A stretch of 64,000 bases of DNA from NCBI GenBank assembly GCA_009694135.1, contig SHVS01000012.1:2401-66400 (forward strand). Direction: 5' to 3'. The DNA is from Alphaproteobacteria bacterium (lineage in GTDB: Bacteria; Pseudomonadota; Alphaproteobacteria; UBA6615). Below, piece after piece: positions 8,074 through 18,143 of this stretch (within the stretch, counting starts at the first letter, position 1; every line of letters begins with the position of its first letter). Made by a program: the position numbers and the translations under genes. The notes beneath the pieces are model-generated. The model was not told where the DNA came from. It searched no databases and saw nothing but the letters and a program-made list of their open reading frames with translations.

Positions 8074-9411
8074 TCAGACCGGCGTGGGCGCCTTGAGCGC
8101 CGCGCCCGGTCCCGCGAGTCGAGCGGGCCCGGGCAAAGCCGCGCCAAAGACCAGCGTACCGACGGCGCCGCAGCGCTCACAGACCGCCCGCCAGGGCGCC
8201 GCCTCTACGCCACAGCCGCTGCAATGCCATGCCGGCTCGGGCCCCGCCACCGCCGCGCGCGCGACCCATTGGCGCGCCCGCGGCGCATCCCCGGTCTCGC
8301 CTTCCTCGACCCGCGCCAGCAAGCGACAGGCGCGCCCATGGCCGGACTCGGCGAGCGGCAGCAAATGCCGGCGCGCCTCGCCCCACAAACCAGCGGCCAG
8401 CGCCGCTTCCGCCAGCACGAGCGCGCTTTCAGCATGGCCGGGCTTGGCGGCGGCGAGTGATGCCCAACCACGCGCCCGCGCAAGCGCATCACCGGGCAGA
8501 CTTGCGCCATAAAGCTCCGCCAGCTCGGCCGCCGGCGCAATGGCCCAGGCGGCGCGCAGCAGCTTTTGCGCCTTGCGGATGGACCCGGCGGCGATCAGTC
8601 CGCGCGCCAGCTCGGCCGTCGCCGGAACCAACGCCGGGTCGAGATCATGCGCGCGGCGGGCCTGCGCCAACGCCTCATCCTTGCGGCCGGCGGCGGACGC
8701 CAACCGGCTGCGCTCGACCAACAGCGCCGCGCGCCGCGACCGCGCGACCGAAGGGGCAAGCAAGCCCCGATCGGCAAGCCGGTCGAGCGCCGCTTGTGCC
8801 TCCACCCAATGCCCGGCCTGCGCGTGCAGCGTCACCAGCGCGTCGAGCACCGAGGCGGCGTTAGGCCGGAGGCCGCGCGCGCGTTCGGCCAATTCCAGCG
8901 CGCGCGTCTGCTGGCCGGCGCGCAGCGCCTGCATGAGCAACCCGCGCAAGCCCAGGAACTCGGTCTCCGGCCGCGCGAGCATGCTTTCGAAATAGCGCCG
9001 CGCCGCGCCTTCGTCGCCGCCGAGCTGGGCCGCTTGCGCCGCCAGCAATAGCGACAACGGCGGTTCGCCGAGCAGGACATCGGCTTTGCGCGCTTGCCGC
9101 CGCGCCTCCTCGGCATCGCCGGCGGCAACCGCGACCATGCCTTGGGTAAGCGCCTTGTAGCCGGCGGCGCGCCGCCGCTCATGGCGGAGATCGCGCGCCT
9201 GGCTGGGCGCGCGGCGCACAAAGCGCCATAGGCGATAGAGCAACGCCGTCACGACCGCGGCCAGCAGCACGAAGGCCGCCAGCATGCCGACACTGCTGTC
9301 GACGCGCCAGCCCTGCCATTCGATGACGACCGCGCCCGGGCGCTCGGCCAGCCACACCGCCGCGACGATAGCGACGGCCAGTTCGATCGCGTACCAGAGG
9401 AAGCGCCGCAC
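8074..9411 (-). CDS. hemY: HemY-like heme biosynthesis-associated TPR membrane protein
   Basis: N-terminal membrane segment is MRRFLWYAIELAVAIVAAVWLAERPGAVVIEWQGWRV. TPR-like Ala/Leu repeats follow, with a C-terminal CSGCG...CERCG ribbon. It lies downstream of hemC-hemD. Confidence 0.8.
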   Translation of the reverse strand: MRRFLWYAIELAVAIVAAVWLAERPGAVVIEWQGWRVDSSVGMLAAFVLLAAVVTALLYRLWRFVRRAPSQARDLRHERRRAAGYKALTQGMVAVAAGDAEEARRQARKADVLLGEPPLSLLLAAQAAQLGGDEGAARRYFESMLARPETEFLGLRGLLMQALRAGQQTRALELAERARGLRPNAASVLDALVTLHAQAGHWVEAQAALDRLADRGLLAPSVARSRRAALLVERSRLASAAGRKDEALAQARRAHDLDPALVPATAELARGLIAAGSIRKAQKLLRAAWAIAPAAELAELYGASLPGDALARARGWASLAAAKPGHAESALVLAEAALAAGLWGEARRHLLPLAESGHGRACRLLARVEEGETGDAPRARQWVARAAVAGPEPAWHCSGCGVEAAPWRAVCERCGAVGTLVFGAALPGPARLAGPGAALKAPTPV

Positions 9412-9425
9412 GGCGCGCGCCCGCG

Positions 9426-10703
9426 CTACGGTTGCGGACGCGGGGCCGCGCGCGCGGCGGCCGCAAGCGCCGTGGCCGCCTCGGCATCGAGCGCGGACAG
9501 CGCCGCTTCGGCCGCCAGCCGCTGGCGCGCGCCGGCCAGCCAGGACGCAAATTCAGCCAGCGCCGGCGACGGCAGGCGCGCCAGCTCCTCGGTGGCCAGC
9601 GCAAGCGCGCCAAGCTTAAGCTGCGCTTCGGCGCGCGCGATCCGCGCCTCGGCCCCCTCGCCCGGCACTTCGGCCCCGACCCGGCGCACGCTGATCACCC
9701 CCGCCAGGCGCGCGAGGGAGCGTTCGGTCCAGGTTTCACCGGCCTGCGTCCGCACGGCCGCCAGCGCCGCGCTGGCGCGCGCGGGAAACGCCTCCAGCAA
9801 CTGCGCGCGATCGGCGATCGGTGCGCCCTCCCCAAGCGGCGCCAATGCCGCCAGCAACGCCGGCGTCCCGGCGGCCGCCTGGCGCGCGGCCGCGAGTTCT
9901 TCGGCGATGCTGCGCCCGGAAGCGACCGCGGCGCGCAACCGCCCGGCGGCGCCAGCGAGCGCGAGCGCGCGCACCACCGCCGCATCGGCGCGCGGGCCGG
10001 TCGTATCCAGGCGGACAATCTCGGCTTTCAACGCCGTCAGCGCCGCGGTGGCGGCCTCCGTCTGCGCCTGCACATGGTCGAGCCGGGCCGTGAGCTCCGC
10101 CAGCGCCGCACCATCGGCCGGCGCGGCGCGCTCGCGCGCCAACGCCTCGATGCGCGTCCTGAGGCTCGCGAGTTCGGTGGCACTCGCGCCCAAAGACGGC
10201 GCGGCCTCCAGCCGTGATTTGAGCGCGGCGGCGGTGTCTTCGAGTGCCGCCAAACGGCGTGCGACTTGCGGATCGCGCGCGGCCCCAGGGGACGCGCTCG
10301 GCGGGGCCGCGGACGGGCGCAGGCCCCAAACGCCGTACCCAATTCCGGCGGCGAGCAAAACGACCATCACGCCGGCCAAGACCACGCCGCGCGAATCCCG
10401 GTGCGCCGCCGGTGCTTTCACTCGCCGCTCCGGCGCGGGCTGTGCGCGCGGTGGGCCACTCGCGGCCGCGGCCGTTTTCGCTGCATCCGCCTTGGGCTCC
10501 GACGCAAAGGAAGCGGGCGTTTCCGGCGCGGGCGCAGCCAAATCGATGCTGGCCATGGCCGCGGCCGCGCGGATCTGCGCTAGGCGCGAGACGGGAATAG
10601 CATCGCGCTGTTTCCAGCCCTGCACGGTCGAAACCGCGATGCCGAGCTTGCTCGCCATCGGTCGAATGCCGCCGAAGCGGGCAATCAAATCGGCGGCCGG
10701 CAC
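9426..10703 (-). CDS. mitofilin (Mic60)-like membrane protein of the heme cluster
   Basis: Single TM (VVLAGVMVVLLAAGIGYGVWGL), a long Ala-rich coiled-coil-like region and a conserved C-terminal block. It occupies the slot between hemD and hemY, which I recall as the usual position of alphaproteobacterial Mic60 homologues. Confidence 0.55.
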   Translation of the reverse strand: MPAADLIARFGGIRPMASKLGIAVSTVQGWKQRDAIPVSRLAQIRAAAAMASIDLAAPAPETPASFASEPKADAAKTAAAASGPPRAQPAPERRVKAPAAHRDSRGVVLAGVMVVLLAAGIGYGVWGLRPSAAPPSASPGAARDPQVARRLAALEDTAAALKSRLEAAPSLGASATELASLRTRIEALARERAAPADGAALAELTARLDHVQAQTEAATAALTALKAEIVRLDTTGPRADAAVVRALALAGAAGRLRAAVASGRSIAEELAAARQAAAGTPALLAALAPLGEGAPIADRAQLLEAFPARASAALAAVRTQAGETWTERSLARLAGVISVRRVGAEVPGEGAEARIARAEAQLKLGALALATEELARLPSPALAEFASWLAGARQRLAAEAALSALDAEAATALAAAARAAPRPQP

Positions 10704-10813
10704 ATGGCCTGTGGGTGTCGCTTCCGGCGCGTGATCCGATGGCGCGATGGGAACCTCCGAGCTTTCGCTGCGGAATCTAGCAAAGCGGCGCGCGTCTAGT
10801 CCAAGAGCGTGAT

Positions 10814-11521
10814 CTAGTCCAAGAGCGCAAGCAGCGCGGACTCGGTGGGCACCTGGGCGACGCGCCGGCGGCGGAATGGCAGCACCGACGCGGCCTCGGC
10901 CACGCGCGCCGACAAGCAGAGCGCATCAATGCCGGCGCAGGCGTTCGTGAGTCCCTCGGCCTTTAGCAGTGCAACCAAGATCGCGGTCGTGCGTGGAGAA
11001 AACAGCAGGACGGCATCGAGCTCGCGCTGGGCGAGCGCATCATGCGCCTCGAGCGATAGCGCCGACGCCGCATTGGCCTGGTAAAGCGCATCGCGCCGCG
11101 CGGCGAAGCCGGCCGCCGCCAGCAATCCGGCGAGATCGCCGGCGAGGGTGGTCCCGGCGACGTGCAGCACGCTGCCGGCGGAAGGATCGAGCCACGCACC
11201 GATCAGTTTCGCCAGGCCGGCGACGTCTTCCGTCCCGGCCTCGACGCTGGTGAAGCCGGCGGCGCGCGCGGCGGTCGCGCTCGCCGGCCCGACGGCGAAT
11301 ATCGGCAAGCGCGGCGCGCCCGCGGGCCAGGCGCGGCCAAGCGCGCGCGCTCCATTGGCGCTGGTGACGGCGATCGCCTGCACGCCGGCGAGTTCGAGCG
11401 GAGGAGTTGCTAGCATTTGGATCGACAGCAGCGGCTCGACCAGCGCCTCGATTCCGCGCGCGGCGAGCACGGTCGCCAGCGCGGCCCCCTCCTCCGCCGG
11501 GCGCGTGATCAAAACCTTCAT
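10814..11521 (-). CDS. hemD: uroporphyrinogen-III synthase
   Basis: 235 aa with a HemD-like MKVLITRP start. ATGA overlap with the hemC stop. Confidence 0.8.
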   Translation of the reverse strand: MKVLITRPAEEGAALATVLAARGIEALVEPLLSIQMLATPPLELAGVQAIAVTSANGARALGRAWPAGAPRLPIFAVGPASATAARAAGFTSVEAGTEDVAGLAKLIGAWLDPSAGSVLHVAGTTLAGDLAGLLAAAGFAARRDALYQANAASALSLEAHDALAQRELDAVLLFSPRTTAILVALLKAEGLTNACAGIDALCLSARVAEAASVLPFRRRRVAQVPTESALLALLD

Positions 11522-12426
11522 GACGCGCCGCGCAGCGCCTCGCCTGCGGCGCGGCCGATGGCGACGGAGTCGGCGACACTGCCGGCGCGCGCGCTTCGAC
11601 GCAGCCCGCTGCCATCCGGATTGACCAGCAAACCGTCGAGCGCGATCCGGTCGCCGGTGACGCGCGCCAGCGCCGCGATCGGCGTGCGGCAGGAGCCGCC
11701 GAGCGCCGCCAGAAAGGCGCGCTCGGCGGTGACCTCCGCCCGGCTCGGCGCGTGATCGAGCGGCGCCAGGATTGAGTTGATGCGCGCGTCATCCGCCCGC
11801 CGCTCGATCCCGATCGCCCCTTGCGCGACCGCCGGGAGCATCTCCGCAACCGGCAACAGCGCGGCGCCGGGCGGATCGAGCGCGAGACGCCTGAGTCCGG
11901 CACAAGCGAGCAGCGTGGCCGTGGCCTCTCCGCGTTCGAGCTTCACCAGCCGCGTACCGACGTTGCCGCGCAAGGGCACGATCATCAGGTCAGGCCTCAG
12001 GGCGAGCGCCTGCGCCGAGCGACGCAGCGACGAGGTGCCGAGCGACGCGCCCTTCGGCAGTGCCGCGATGCTCGCAGCCTTGACCGAAGGCGCGCACAGC
12101 AGCACGTCGCGCGGGTCTTCGCGTTCGAGAATACAATCGATGACCAGCCCGTCCGGCAGGCGGGTCTCCACGTCCTTCATCGAATGCACGGCGAGGTCGA
12201 TCGTGCCGGCCAGCAACGCCTGTTCGATCTCCTTGGTGAACAGGCCCTTGCCGCCGATTTCCGCCAGGGCGCGGTCCTGGACCGCATCGCCGGTGGTCTT
12301 GATGATGACGATCTCGGCCGGCGCCATTCCCGGATGGGCCTTGGCCAAAAGCCGCGCCACCAGCCGCGCCTGAGCCAGCGCCAGCGGACTGCCGCGTGTC
12401 CCGATTCGTAACTGCGTGTCGTTCAT
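11518..12426 (-). CDS. hemC: hydroxymethylbilane synthase (porphobilinogen deaminase)
   Basis: Family blocks LRIGTRGSPLALAQA, DLAVHSMKDV and RGNVGTRL. A cofactor Cys is present (GGSCRTPIAA). Confidence 0.92.
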   Translation of the reverse strand: MNDTQLRIGTRGSPLALAQARLVARLLAKAHPGMAPAEIVIIKTTGDAVQDRALAEIGGKGLFTKEIEQALLAGTIDLAVHSMKDVETRLPDGLVIDCILEREDPRDVLLCAPSVKAASIAALPKGASLGTSSLRRSAQALALRPDLMIVPLRGNVGTRLVKLERGEATATLLACAGLRRLALDPPGAALLPVAEMLPAVAQGAIGIERRADDARINSILAPLDHAPSRAEVTAERAFLAALGGSCRTPIAALARVTGDRIALDGLLVNPDGSGLRRSARAGSVADSVAIGRAAGEALRGAS

Positions 12427-12511
12427 GCCGCCTGTCTAGCCGGGACGGGCGCGGGGTGAAAGCATCGCTCGCTCTCTGGCGCCCAGCGTGCCGTGCCGGT
12501 ATATCGCGGCA

Positions 12512-13543
12512 ATGATCGTGCTGGGGCTGGAAACGAGCTGCGACGAGACGGCGGCGGCGGTGGTGCGCGACGACCGCCGGATTCTGTCCAACCTCGTTCT
12601 GAGCCAGCTCGACGAGCATCGCCCCTTCGGCGGGGTGGTGCCGGAGGTGGCGGCGCGCGCGCATCTGGCCTATCTGCCGAAGCTGATCGAGCGGGCGCTC
12701 GGCGACGCCGGCATTGCCGCCAGCGACCTCGACGGGGTGGCCGCCACCGCCGGTCCGGGGCTGATTGGCGCCCTGCTGGTCGGGCTGACCGCCGGCAAGG
12801 CGTTGGCCTATGCCGCCGGCAAGCCCTTCGTCGCCGTGAATCACCTCGAAGCGCATGCCCTGACCGCGCGGCTGACGGAGGGGATCGCTTTCCCCTATCT
12901 GCTGCTGCTGGTGTCGGGCGGCCATTGCCAGCTGGTCGAGGTCGAAGGCGTCGGGAAAAACAAGCTGCTCGGCACCACGCTCGACGACGCGGTCGGCGAA
13001 GCCTTCGACAAGGCGGCGCGGCTCTTGGGCCTGGCCTATCCCGGCGGGCCGGCGGTGGAACAAGCCGCGCGTTCCGGGGACGCGCGCCGCTTCGCCCTGC
13101 CGCGGCCCATGCACGGCCGGTCGGGCGCGGATTTTTCCTTCGCCGGGCTCAAGACCGCGCTGCGCCACGCGGTTGCCGCTCTGCCCGCGCCGCCGGATGA
13201 GCAAACTCGCGCCGATCTGGCGGCCAGTTTCCAGGCGGCGGTCGCGGACTCCCTTGCCGACCGCGCCGGCCACGCGCTGGCGCGTTTTGCCGCGACGCAT
13301 CAAGGAATCGCTCCGGTCCTGGTGCTGGCCGGGGGCGTGGCCGCCAATATGACGATCCGCGCCGCGCTTGCCCTGCGCGCCGAAGTCCATGGCGCGAAGC
13401 TGGTGGCACCGCCGCCCGCGCTGTGCACCGATAATGCCGCCATGATCGCCTGGGCCGGGATCGAACGGCTGCAACTTGGCCTCGTCGATGGGTTCGACGC
13501 CCCGGCGCGCCCGCGCTGGCCCTTGGCCGGGGCGGCGGGTTAA
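12512..13543 (+). CDS. tsaD: tRNA N6-adenosine threonylcarbamoyltransferase
   Basis: Family blocks [36 protein letters not shown] and LAGGVAAN. Confidence 0.92.
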   Translation: MIVLGLETSCDETAAAVVRDDRRILSNLVLSQLDEHRPFGGVVPEVAARAHLAYLPKLIERALGDAGIAASDLDGVAATAGPGLIGALLVGLTAGKALAYAAGKPFVAVNHLEAHALTARLTEGIAFPYLLLLVSGGHCQLVEVEGVGKNKLLGTTLDDAVGEAFDKAARLLGLAYPGGPAVEQAARSGDARRFALPRPMHGRSGADFSFAGLKTALRHAVAALPAPPDEQTRADLAASFQAAVADSLADRAGHALARFAATHQGIAPVLVLAGGVAANMTIRAALALRAEVHGAKLVAPPPALCTDNAAMIAWAGIERLQLGLVDGFDAPARPRWPLAGAAG

Positions 13544-13551
13544 ACTGAGGC

Positions 13552-14193
13552 ATGAGCACACAAGATTCGGGCGTCAAGGTCGACATCCGCGGGCTGTTCG
13601 CCACCCCCGTCGTCGTCGCCACCCATCCCGAGGCGGCGGCGCTCAACGCCGCGCTCGGCCCGCTGATTCTTGCCCACGCCGAGCAGACGCCTTCGACGCG
13701 GCATTCCAACCTCGGCGGCTGGCAATCGAGCTGGGACTTCGACAGATGGGGCGGCGAGCACGGCGCGCGGCTCATTGGCTTCGCGCTGGCGCTCGCCACG
13801 CGCATGACCATGACCCGCGAGGGCAAGCCGACGCGGCCGGCCTGGAGCACCAATTCCTGGGCCAACGTCAACCGGCGCGGCCACGGCAATGAATTTCACA
13901 CCCACCCCGGCTGCTTCTGGTCGGGCGTCTATTACGTCGATGACGGCTATGGCGGCGCCGAGGCTGATCTCGGCGGCGAGTTCGAAGTCGCCGATCCGCG
14001 CGGCCCGGCCCCGGCGATGTATCGGCCTGAGCTGGTGCCCAATCTGCCAGGAGCGGAGTCGATGGGCGCCAGCGTGACCATTCGGCCGATCGCGGGGAAT
14101 GTGATGCTGTTCCCGGCGTGGCTCAGCCACGCGGTTCGGCCCTATTCCGGCGACGGCGTGCGCATTTCCATCGCCTTCAACTTGAGTCTGTAG
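13552..14193 (+). CDS. TIGR02466-like 2OG-Fe(II) oxygenase-fold protein
   Basis: EFHTHPGCFWSGVYYV and NVMLFPAWLSHAVRPY match that family from memory. Confidence 0.6.
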   Translation: MSTQDSGVKVDIRGLFATPVVVATHPEAAALNAALGPLILAHAEQTPSTRHSNLGGWQSSWDFDRWGGEHGARLIGFALALATRMTMTREGKPTRPAWSTNSWANVNRRGHGNEFHTHPGCFWSGVYYVDDGYGGAEADLGGEFEVADPRGPAPAMYRPELVPNLPGAESMGASVTIRPIAGNVMLFPAWLSHAVRPYSGDGVRISIAFNLSL

Positions 14194-14195
14194 CG

Positions 14196-15194
14196 ATGCA
14201 GCGGGTCGTGGTCTATGGCGCCGGCGCCTTTGGGACGGCGCTGGCGATCGCCGCGCGGCGTGCCGGACGCGAGGTGGCGCTGCTCGCGCGCGATGCGGCG
14301 GCGGCCGCGGCGATCGCGCAGGCGGGTGAAAATCGCGCCTATCTTCCGGGTATTCGCATCGACAAGGCCATCCGCGTGACCGGTGACGCGGCGGTATTGG
14401 CCGCGGCCGAGATCGTGATCCTGGCGACACCGGCCCAGTCCGTGCGCGCCGCCGCCGCGGCGCTCGCGCCCCGGATTCAGCCCCGCACGCCGGTCGTGTT
14501 GGCGACCAAGGGCATCGAGCAAGCGACCGGCCTGCTCGCCGGCGAAGTGCTCGCCGAGTCCTTGCCGCAGGCGCGCGTCGCGATGCTGTCCGGCCCCTCC
14601 TTCGCGCATGAGATCGGTCAGGGTTTGCCCACGGCAGTGACCGTTGCGGCCGGCGCGGAAGCGCTCGCCCTCGCGCTTGTCCAGGCGCTCGGATCGGTAT
14701 CTTTCCGGCCCTATGCCTCGACCGATCTGATCGGCGTCGAACTGGGCGGTGTGGTCAAGAACGTGATCGCCATCGCCTGTGGAATCGCGCTCGGCCGCGG
14801 CTTTGGCGAAAATGCGCGCGCCGCGCTGATGACGCGCGGGCTGGCGGAGATGGCGCGCCTCGGCCACGCGCTCGGCGCCGATGCGCGCACCTTCATCGGC
14901 CTCGCCGGGATCGGCGATCTGGCGCTGACCGCCACCTCGACCGCCTCGCGCAATTATTCGCTCGGCCTCGCGCTCGGGCGCGGCAAGAGCTTTTCCGAGG
15001 CGACCGGCGGCGGCAAGGTTTTGGCCGAGGGCGCCTTCACCGCCCCGGCCTTGCTCGCCCGCGCCAAACGCGAAGGCGTCGAGATGCCGATCGCGGCCGC
15101 GGTCGACGCCGTGCTGCATCGCGGCGCGGCGGTCGATGCCACCATCAAGGAATTACTCGCCCGGCCCTTCCGCGCCGAACAGGCCGCGTATTGA
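14196..15194 (+). CDS. gpsA: NAD(P)H-dependent glycerol-3-phosphate dehydrogenase
   Basis: Rossmann motif MQRVVVYGAGAFGTALA, followed by LATKGIE, GPSFAHE and VVKNVIAIA. Confidence 0.92.
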   Translation: MQRVVVYGAGAFGTALAIAARRAGREVALLARDAAAAAAIAQAGENRAYLPGIRIDKAIRVTGDAAVLAAAEIVILATPAQSVRAAAAALAPRIQPRTPVVLATKGIEQATGLLAGEVLAESLPQARVAMLSGPSFAHEIGQGLPTAVTVAAGAEALALALVQALGSVSFRPYASTDLIGVELGGVVKNVIAIACGIALGRGFGENARAALMTRGLAEMARLGHALGADARTFIGLAGIGDLALTATSTASRNYSLGLALGRGKSFSEATGGGKVLAEGAFTAPALLARAKREGVEMPIAAAVDAVLHRGAAVDATIKELLARPFRAEQAAY

Positions 15195-15244
15195 CCAGGC
15201 TATCGCCTACAGCCAAGCTGAAAACATAACACATCGAGGATCCC

Positions 15245-15544
15245 ATGCTGTGGAGCATCCACTGCCTTGACCGCCCGAATGGCCTTGAGCTGCGCATGCA
15301 GACTCGTCCCAAGCACCTCGAATATCTCGCGGCGGTCAAAGACAAGATCATGTTCTGCGGCCCGATGATGAGCGAAAACAGCCAGGAGATGCTCGGCAGT
15401 CTGCTGATCGTCAATGTTGCCAGCCGCGCCGCGGCCGAGTCATTTTCCGAGAACGATCCCTATGCCGCCGCCGGCCTGTTCGAAAGCGTCGTCATCCGCC
15501 GGTTGCGCAAATTCATGCTCGATCCCGCGCTCGCCCAGGATTGA
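15245..15544 (+). CDS. YciI family protein
   Basis: 99 aa with a GAGGA RBS. YciI-like pattern (RPKHLEYL...GPMMSE...SLLIV...FSENDPY). Confidence 0.7.
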   Translation: MLWSIHCLDRPNGLELRMQTRPKHLEYLAAVKDKIMFCGPMMSENSQEMLGSLLIVNVASRAAAESFSENDPYAAAGLFESVVIRRLRKFMLDPALAQD

Positions 15545-15549
15545 CGCGC

Positions 15550-15963
15550 ATGGCGTTCTGGCATCTTAAATCCGAGCCGGAAACCTGGTCCTGGGAACAG
15601 CAGCTGCGCGCCAAGACCGAGAATTGGGACGGGGTGCGCAACGCCCAGGCGATGAACAACATGAAGGCGATGTGCGTCGGCGACCGCGCCTTCTTCTATC
15701 ACTCGGGCGAACAACGCGCGGTCGTCGGCATCGTCGAGATCAGCAAGCCGTGGTTCCCCGATCCCAAAGATGCGACCGGCAAATACGGGCAGGTCGAGGT
15801 GCGCACCGTCGCGGGGCTGCCGCGACCGGTAACGCTGCGCGCGATCAAGGCCAATCCGCAATTGGCGCAGATGTGGCTTGTGCGCCATTCGCGCCTGTCG
15901 GTCGCGCCCATAACCGAAGAACACTGGCACGCAATCTGCCGCATGGGCGGATATGACGGCTAA
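15550..15963 (+). CDS. EVE (PUA-like) domain protein
   Basis: MAFWHLKSEPETWSWEQQ...WDGVRNAQAMNNMKAMCVGDRAFFYHS is the typical EVE domain N-terminus. Confidence 0.75.
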   Translation: MAFWHLKSEPETWSWEQQLRAKTENWDGVRNAQAMNNMKAMCVGDRAFFYHSGEQRAVVGIVEISKPWFPDPKDATGKYGQVEVRTVAGLPRPVTLRAIKANPQLAQMWLVRHSRLSVAPITEEHWHAICRMGGYDG

Positions 15964-16285
15964 GGCCTTGTGCCGCGCCGACGCGCTCGCCGACGGTGGC
16001 GGGATGAGCGTCGAACTTGCGCCTGGAAAGCCTGGACTCCTGCTCCTGCGCGACGGGGAGACCGTGCGCGCCTATATCAATTCCTGCCCGCATCAGGGCA
16101 CGCCGCTGGATTTGATCCCCGATCGGCTGCGCGACGAGAGCGGACGATTTCTCGTTTGCTCCACGCATGGCGCGCATTTCCGCGTCGAAGACGGGTACTG
16201 CGTCTCGGGGCCGTGCACCGGCGCGTCGCTTCGCCCGGCCCCGATCAAGCTGAGCCAAGGCTGGGTCACAATCGAGGACGGTTAA
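15953..16285 (+). CDS. Rieske (2Fe-2S) protein
   Basis: CPHQG...(x18)...CSTHGAHF gives the CxH...CxxH Rieske motif. Confidence 0.8.
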   Translation: MTAKALCRADALADGGGMSVELAPGKPGLLLLRDGETVRAYINSCPHQGTPLDLIPDRLRDESGRFLVCSTHGAHFRVEDGYCVSGPCTGASLRPAPIKLSQGWVTIEDG

Positions 16286-16345
16286 CGATTTATTGCATTC
16301 TTCGCGGGAGGGTGGGCCGGCATCTTCCCCGCGCCCGGAGGAATC

Positions 16346-17983
16346 ATGAATCGCCCATCCAATGTCCGGCCCCTGCATCTTCGTCCGGCGGCAACGCCCA
16401 CCACGCGTGACCGCTTGCAGACGATGCCGAGCGCGAGCCCGGTTCGCTTCTACGCCGGGCTGTTGCTGACCACGGCGACGACGCTTGCGCTGCAAATCCT
16501 GTTCACGCGGATTCTGTCGCTGGTCGCCTGGTATCACCTTGCCTTCTTCGCCATCAGCATGGCGATGTTCGGCCTGACCGCCGGGGCGGTGTGGGTCTAT
16601 CGCGGCGGGAAGCGCTATTCCACGAATTCGCTGGCGCGCGATCTGCCGTATTATACTTTGCTGTTCGCGCTTTCGAGCGCATTGGCGCTGGTCGCGCTGC
16701 TGTCGCTCGCTCCGGCCGGAACCTCCACCCTGACTTCGGCCGTGATCTGGCTCGAAATGGCGCTGGCGCTGGCGACGCCGTTCTTCTTTTCCGGCATGGT
16801 GGTGAGCCTGGCGCTCACCCGCAGCCCCTATCCGGTGGGGCGCGTTTACGGCGTCGATCTGGTCGGCGCGGGCTTCGGCTGTCTTGGCGTGCTCGTCTTG
16901 TTGAATCTGACCGATGGCCCGTCCGCGGTGTTGTGGACCTCGGCGGCGGCGGCGCTGGCGGCCTATCTGTTCCTGCCGACGAAATCCGGCGCGGGCATTG
17001 CGCGCAGCGCGCTGCTGATCGCCGGCGTACTGGCGGGCGTGGCGGCGCTCAATGGTTTATCGCTGCGCGGGTTGCAGCCGATCATTGTCAAGGGCGATGT
17101 CGCCAAGCGTGGGCCAGAGCTCGACTTCGAGCATTGGAATACTTTTTCGCGCGTGGCCGGAACCCAGTCATCCGTGCATTCGCCCTTCATGTGGGGACCC
17201 TCGCCGAAAATGGACCGCGGTCTCACTTTCGAACAGCGCGGGCTCGACATCGACGGCGCGGCCTATACGGCGATGTATCGCTTCAATGGCGAGCGCGCGA
17301 GCGTCGCGTTCCTGCAAGACGATCTGACCAACCTGGTTTACGCCTTGCCCGGCCGCAAGCGTGCGGCGGTGATCGGCGTCGGCGGCGGCCGCGATGTGTT
17401 GTCGGCCTGGGCGAATGGCGCGGAATCGGTGACCGGCGTCGAGATCAATCCGGTGTTCATTCGCTTGCTGACGCGCGACCTGGCCGATTACGCCGGCCTG
17501 GCGCGCCTGCCCGGCATGCATTTCGAGGTCGACGAGGCGCGCAGCTGGTTCGCCGCCAGCCGCGAACGCTTCGACACCATCCAGATGAGCATGATCGACA
17601 CCTGGGCCGCGACCGGCGCCGGCGCCTTCACCCTGTCGGAAAACGGGTTGTACACGGTCGAAGCCTGGCGCGTGTTCCTCGACCATCTGACACCGCAGGG
17701 CGCGTTCAATGTCAGCCGCTGGTTCGCGCCGGGCGAGGTCAACGAGACCGGGCGCATGATCAGCCTGGCCATGGCCGTGCTGCTGGAAGAGGGCGCGCCA
17801 GATCCGGCGCGACACATTTTCCTCGCCTCGGCCAAACGCATCGCCACGCTGGTGCTGGCGCGCAATCCGCTGTCGCCCGAAGACCTGGATGCGCTCACCC
17901 GCAGCGCCGAGACACGCGGCTTCGATGTGCTGCTGCACCCCGACCGCGCACCATGCTTTTGCCTGTTCCCGGGCCTGCAATAA
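16346..17983 (+). pseudogene. spermidine-synthase-like membrane protein, N-terminal part (interrupted by insertion)
   Basis: About 7 N-terminal TM helices followed by a class I MTase / spermidine synthase-like fold (VIGVGGGRDV, GVEINPVF, DTIQMSMIDTW, LSENGLYTVEAW). It ends at TAA 17981-17983, exactly where the composition turns AT-rich. Confidence 0.75.
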
Positions 17984-18036
17984 CATTGATAACTTTCATA
18001 TTATTATTATAGCAAAATACTTATAAGAAGTCAAGG

Positions 18037-18063
18037 AAACAGGGCAACCAATGTGCCCTGTTT
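18037..18063 (-). terminator. hairpin terminator downstream of the cassette operon
   Basis: AAACAGGGCA-N7-TGCCCTGTTT forms a perfect 10-bp stem. On the minus strand it is followed by TTTCCTT. It lies 80 nt after the lipoprotein stop codon. Confidence 0.6.
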
Positions 18064-18143
18064 AGCGGTACCATACGAAGCAATTTTTAAAACGGTACCA
18101 TATTTTTACGCTTTAAGTGTAGTGTTAACTGTCCAAATTACTG

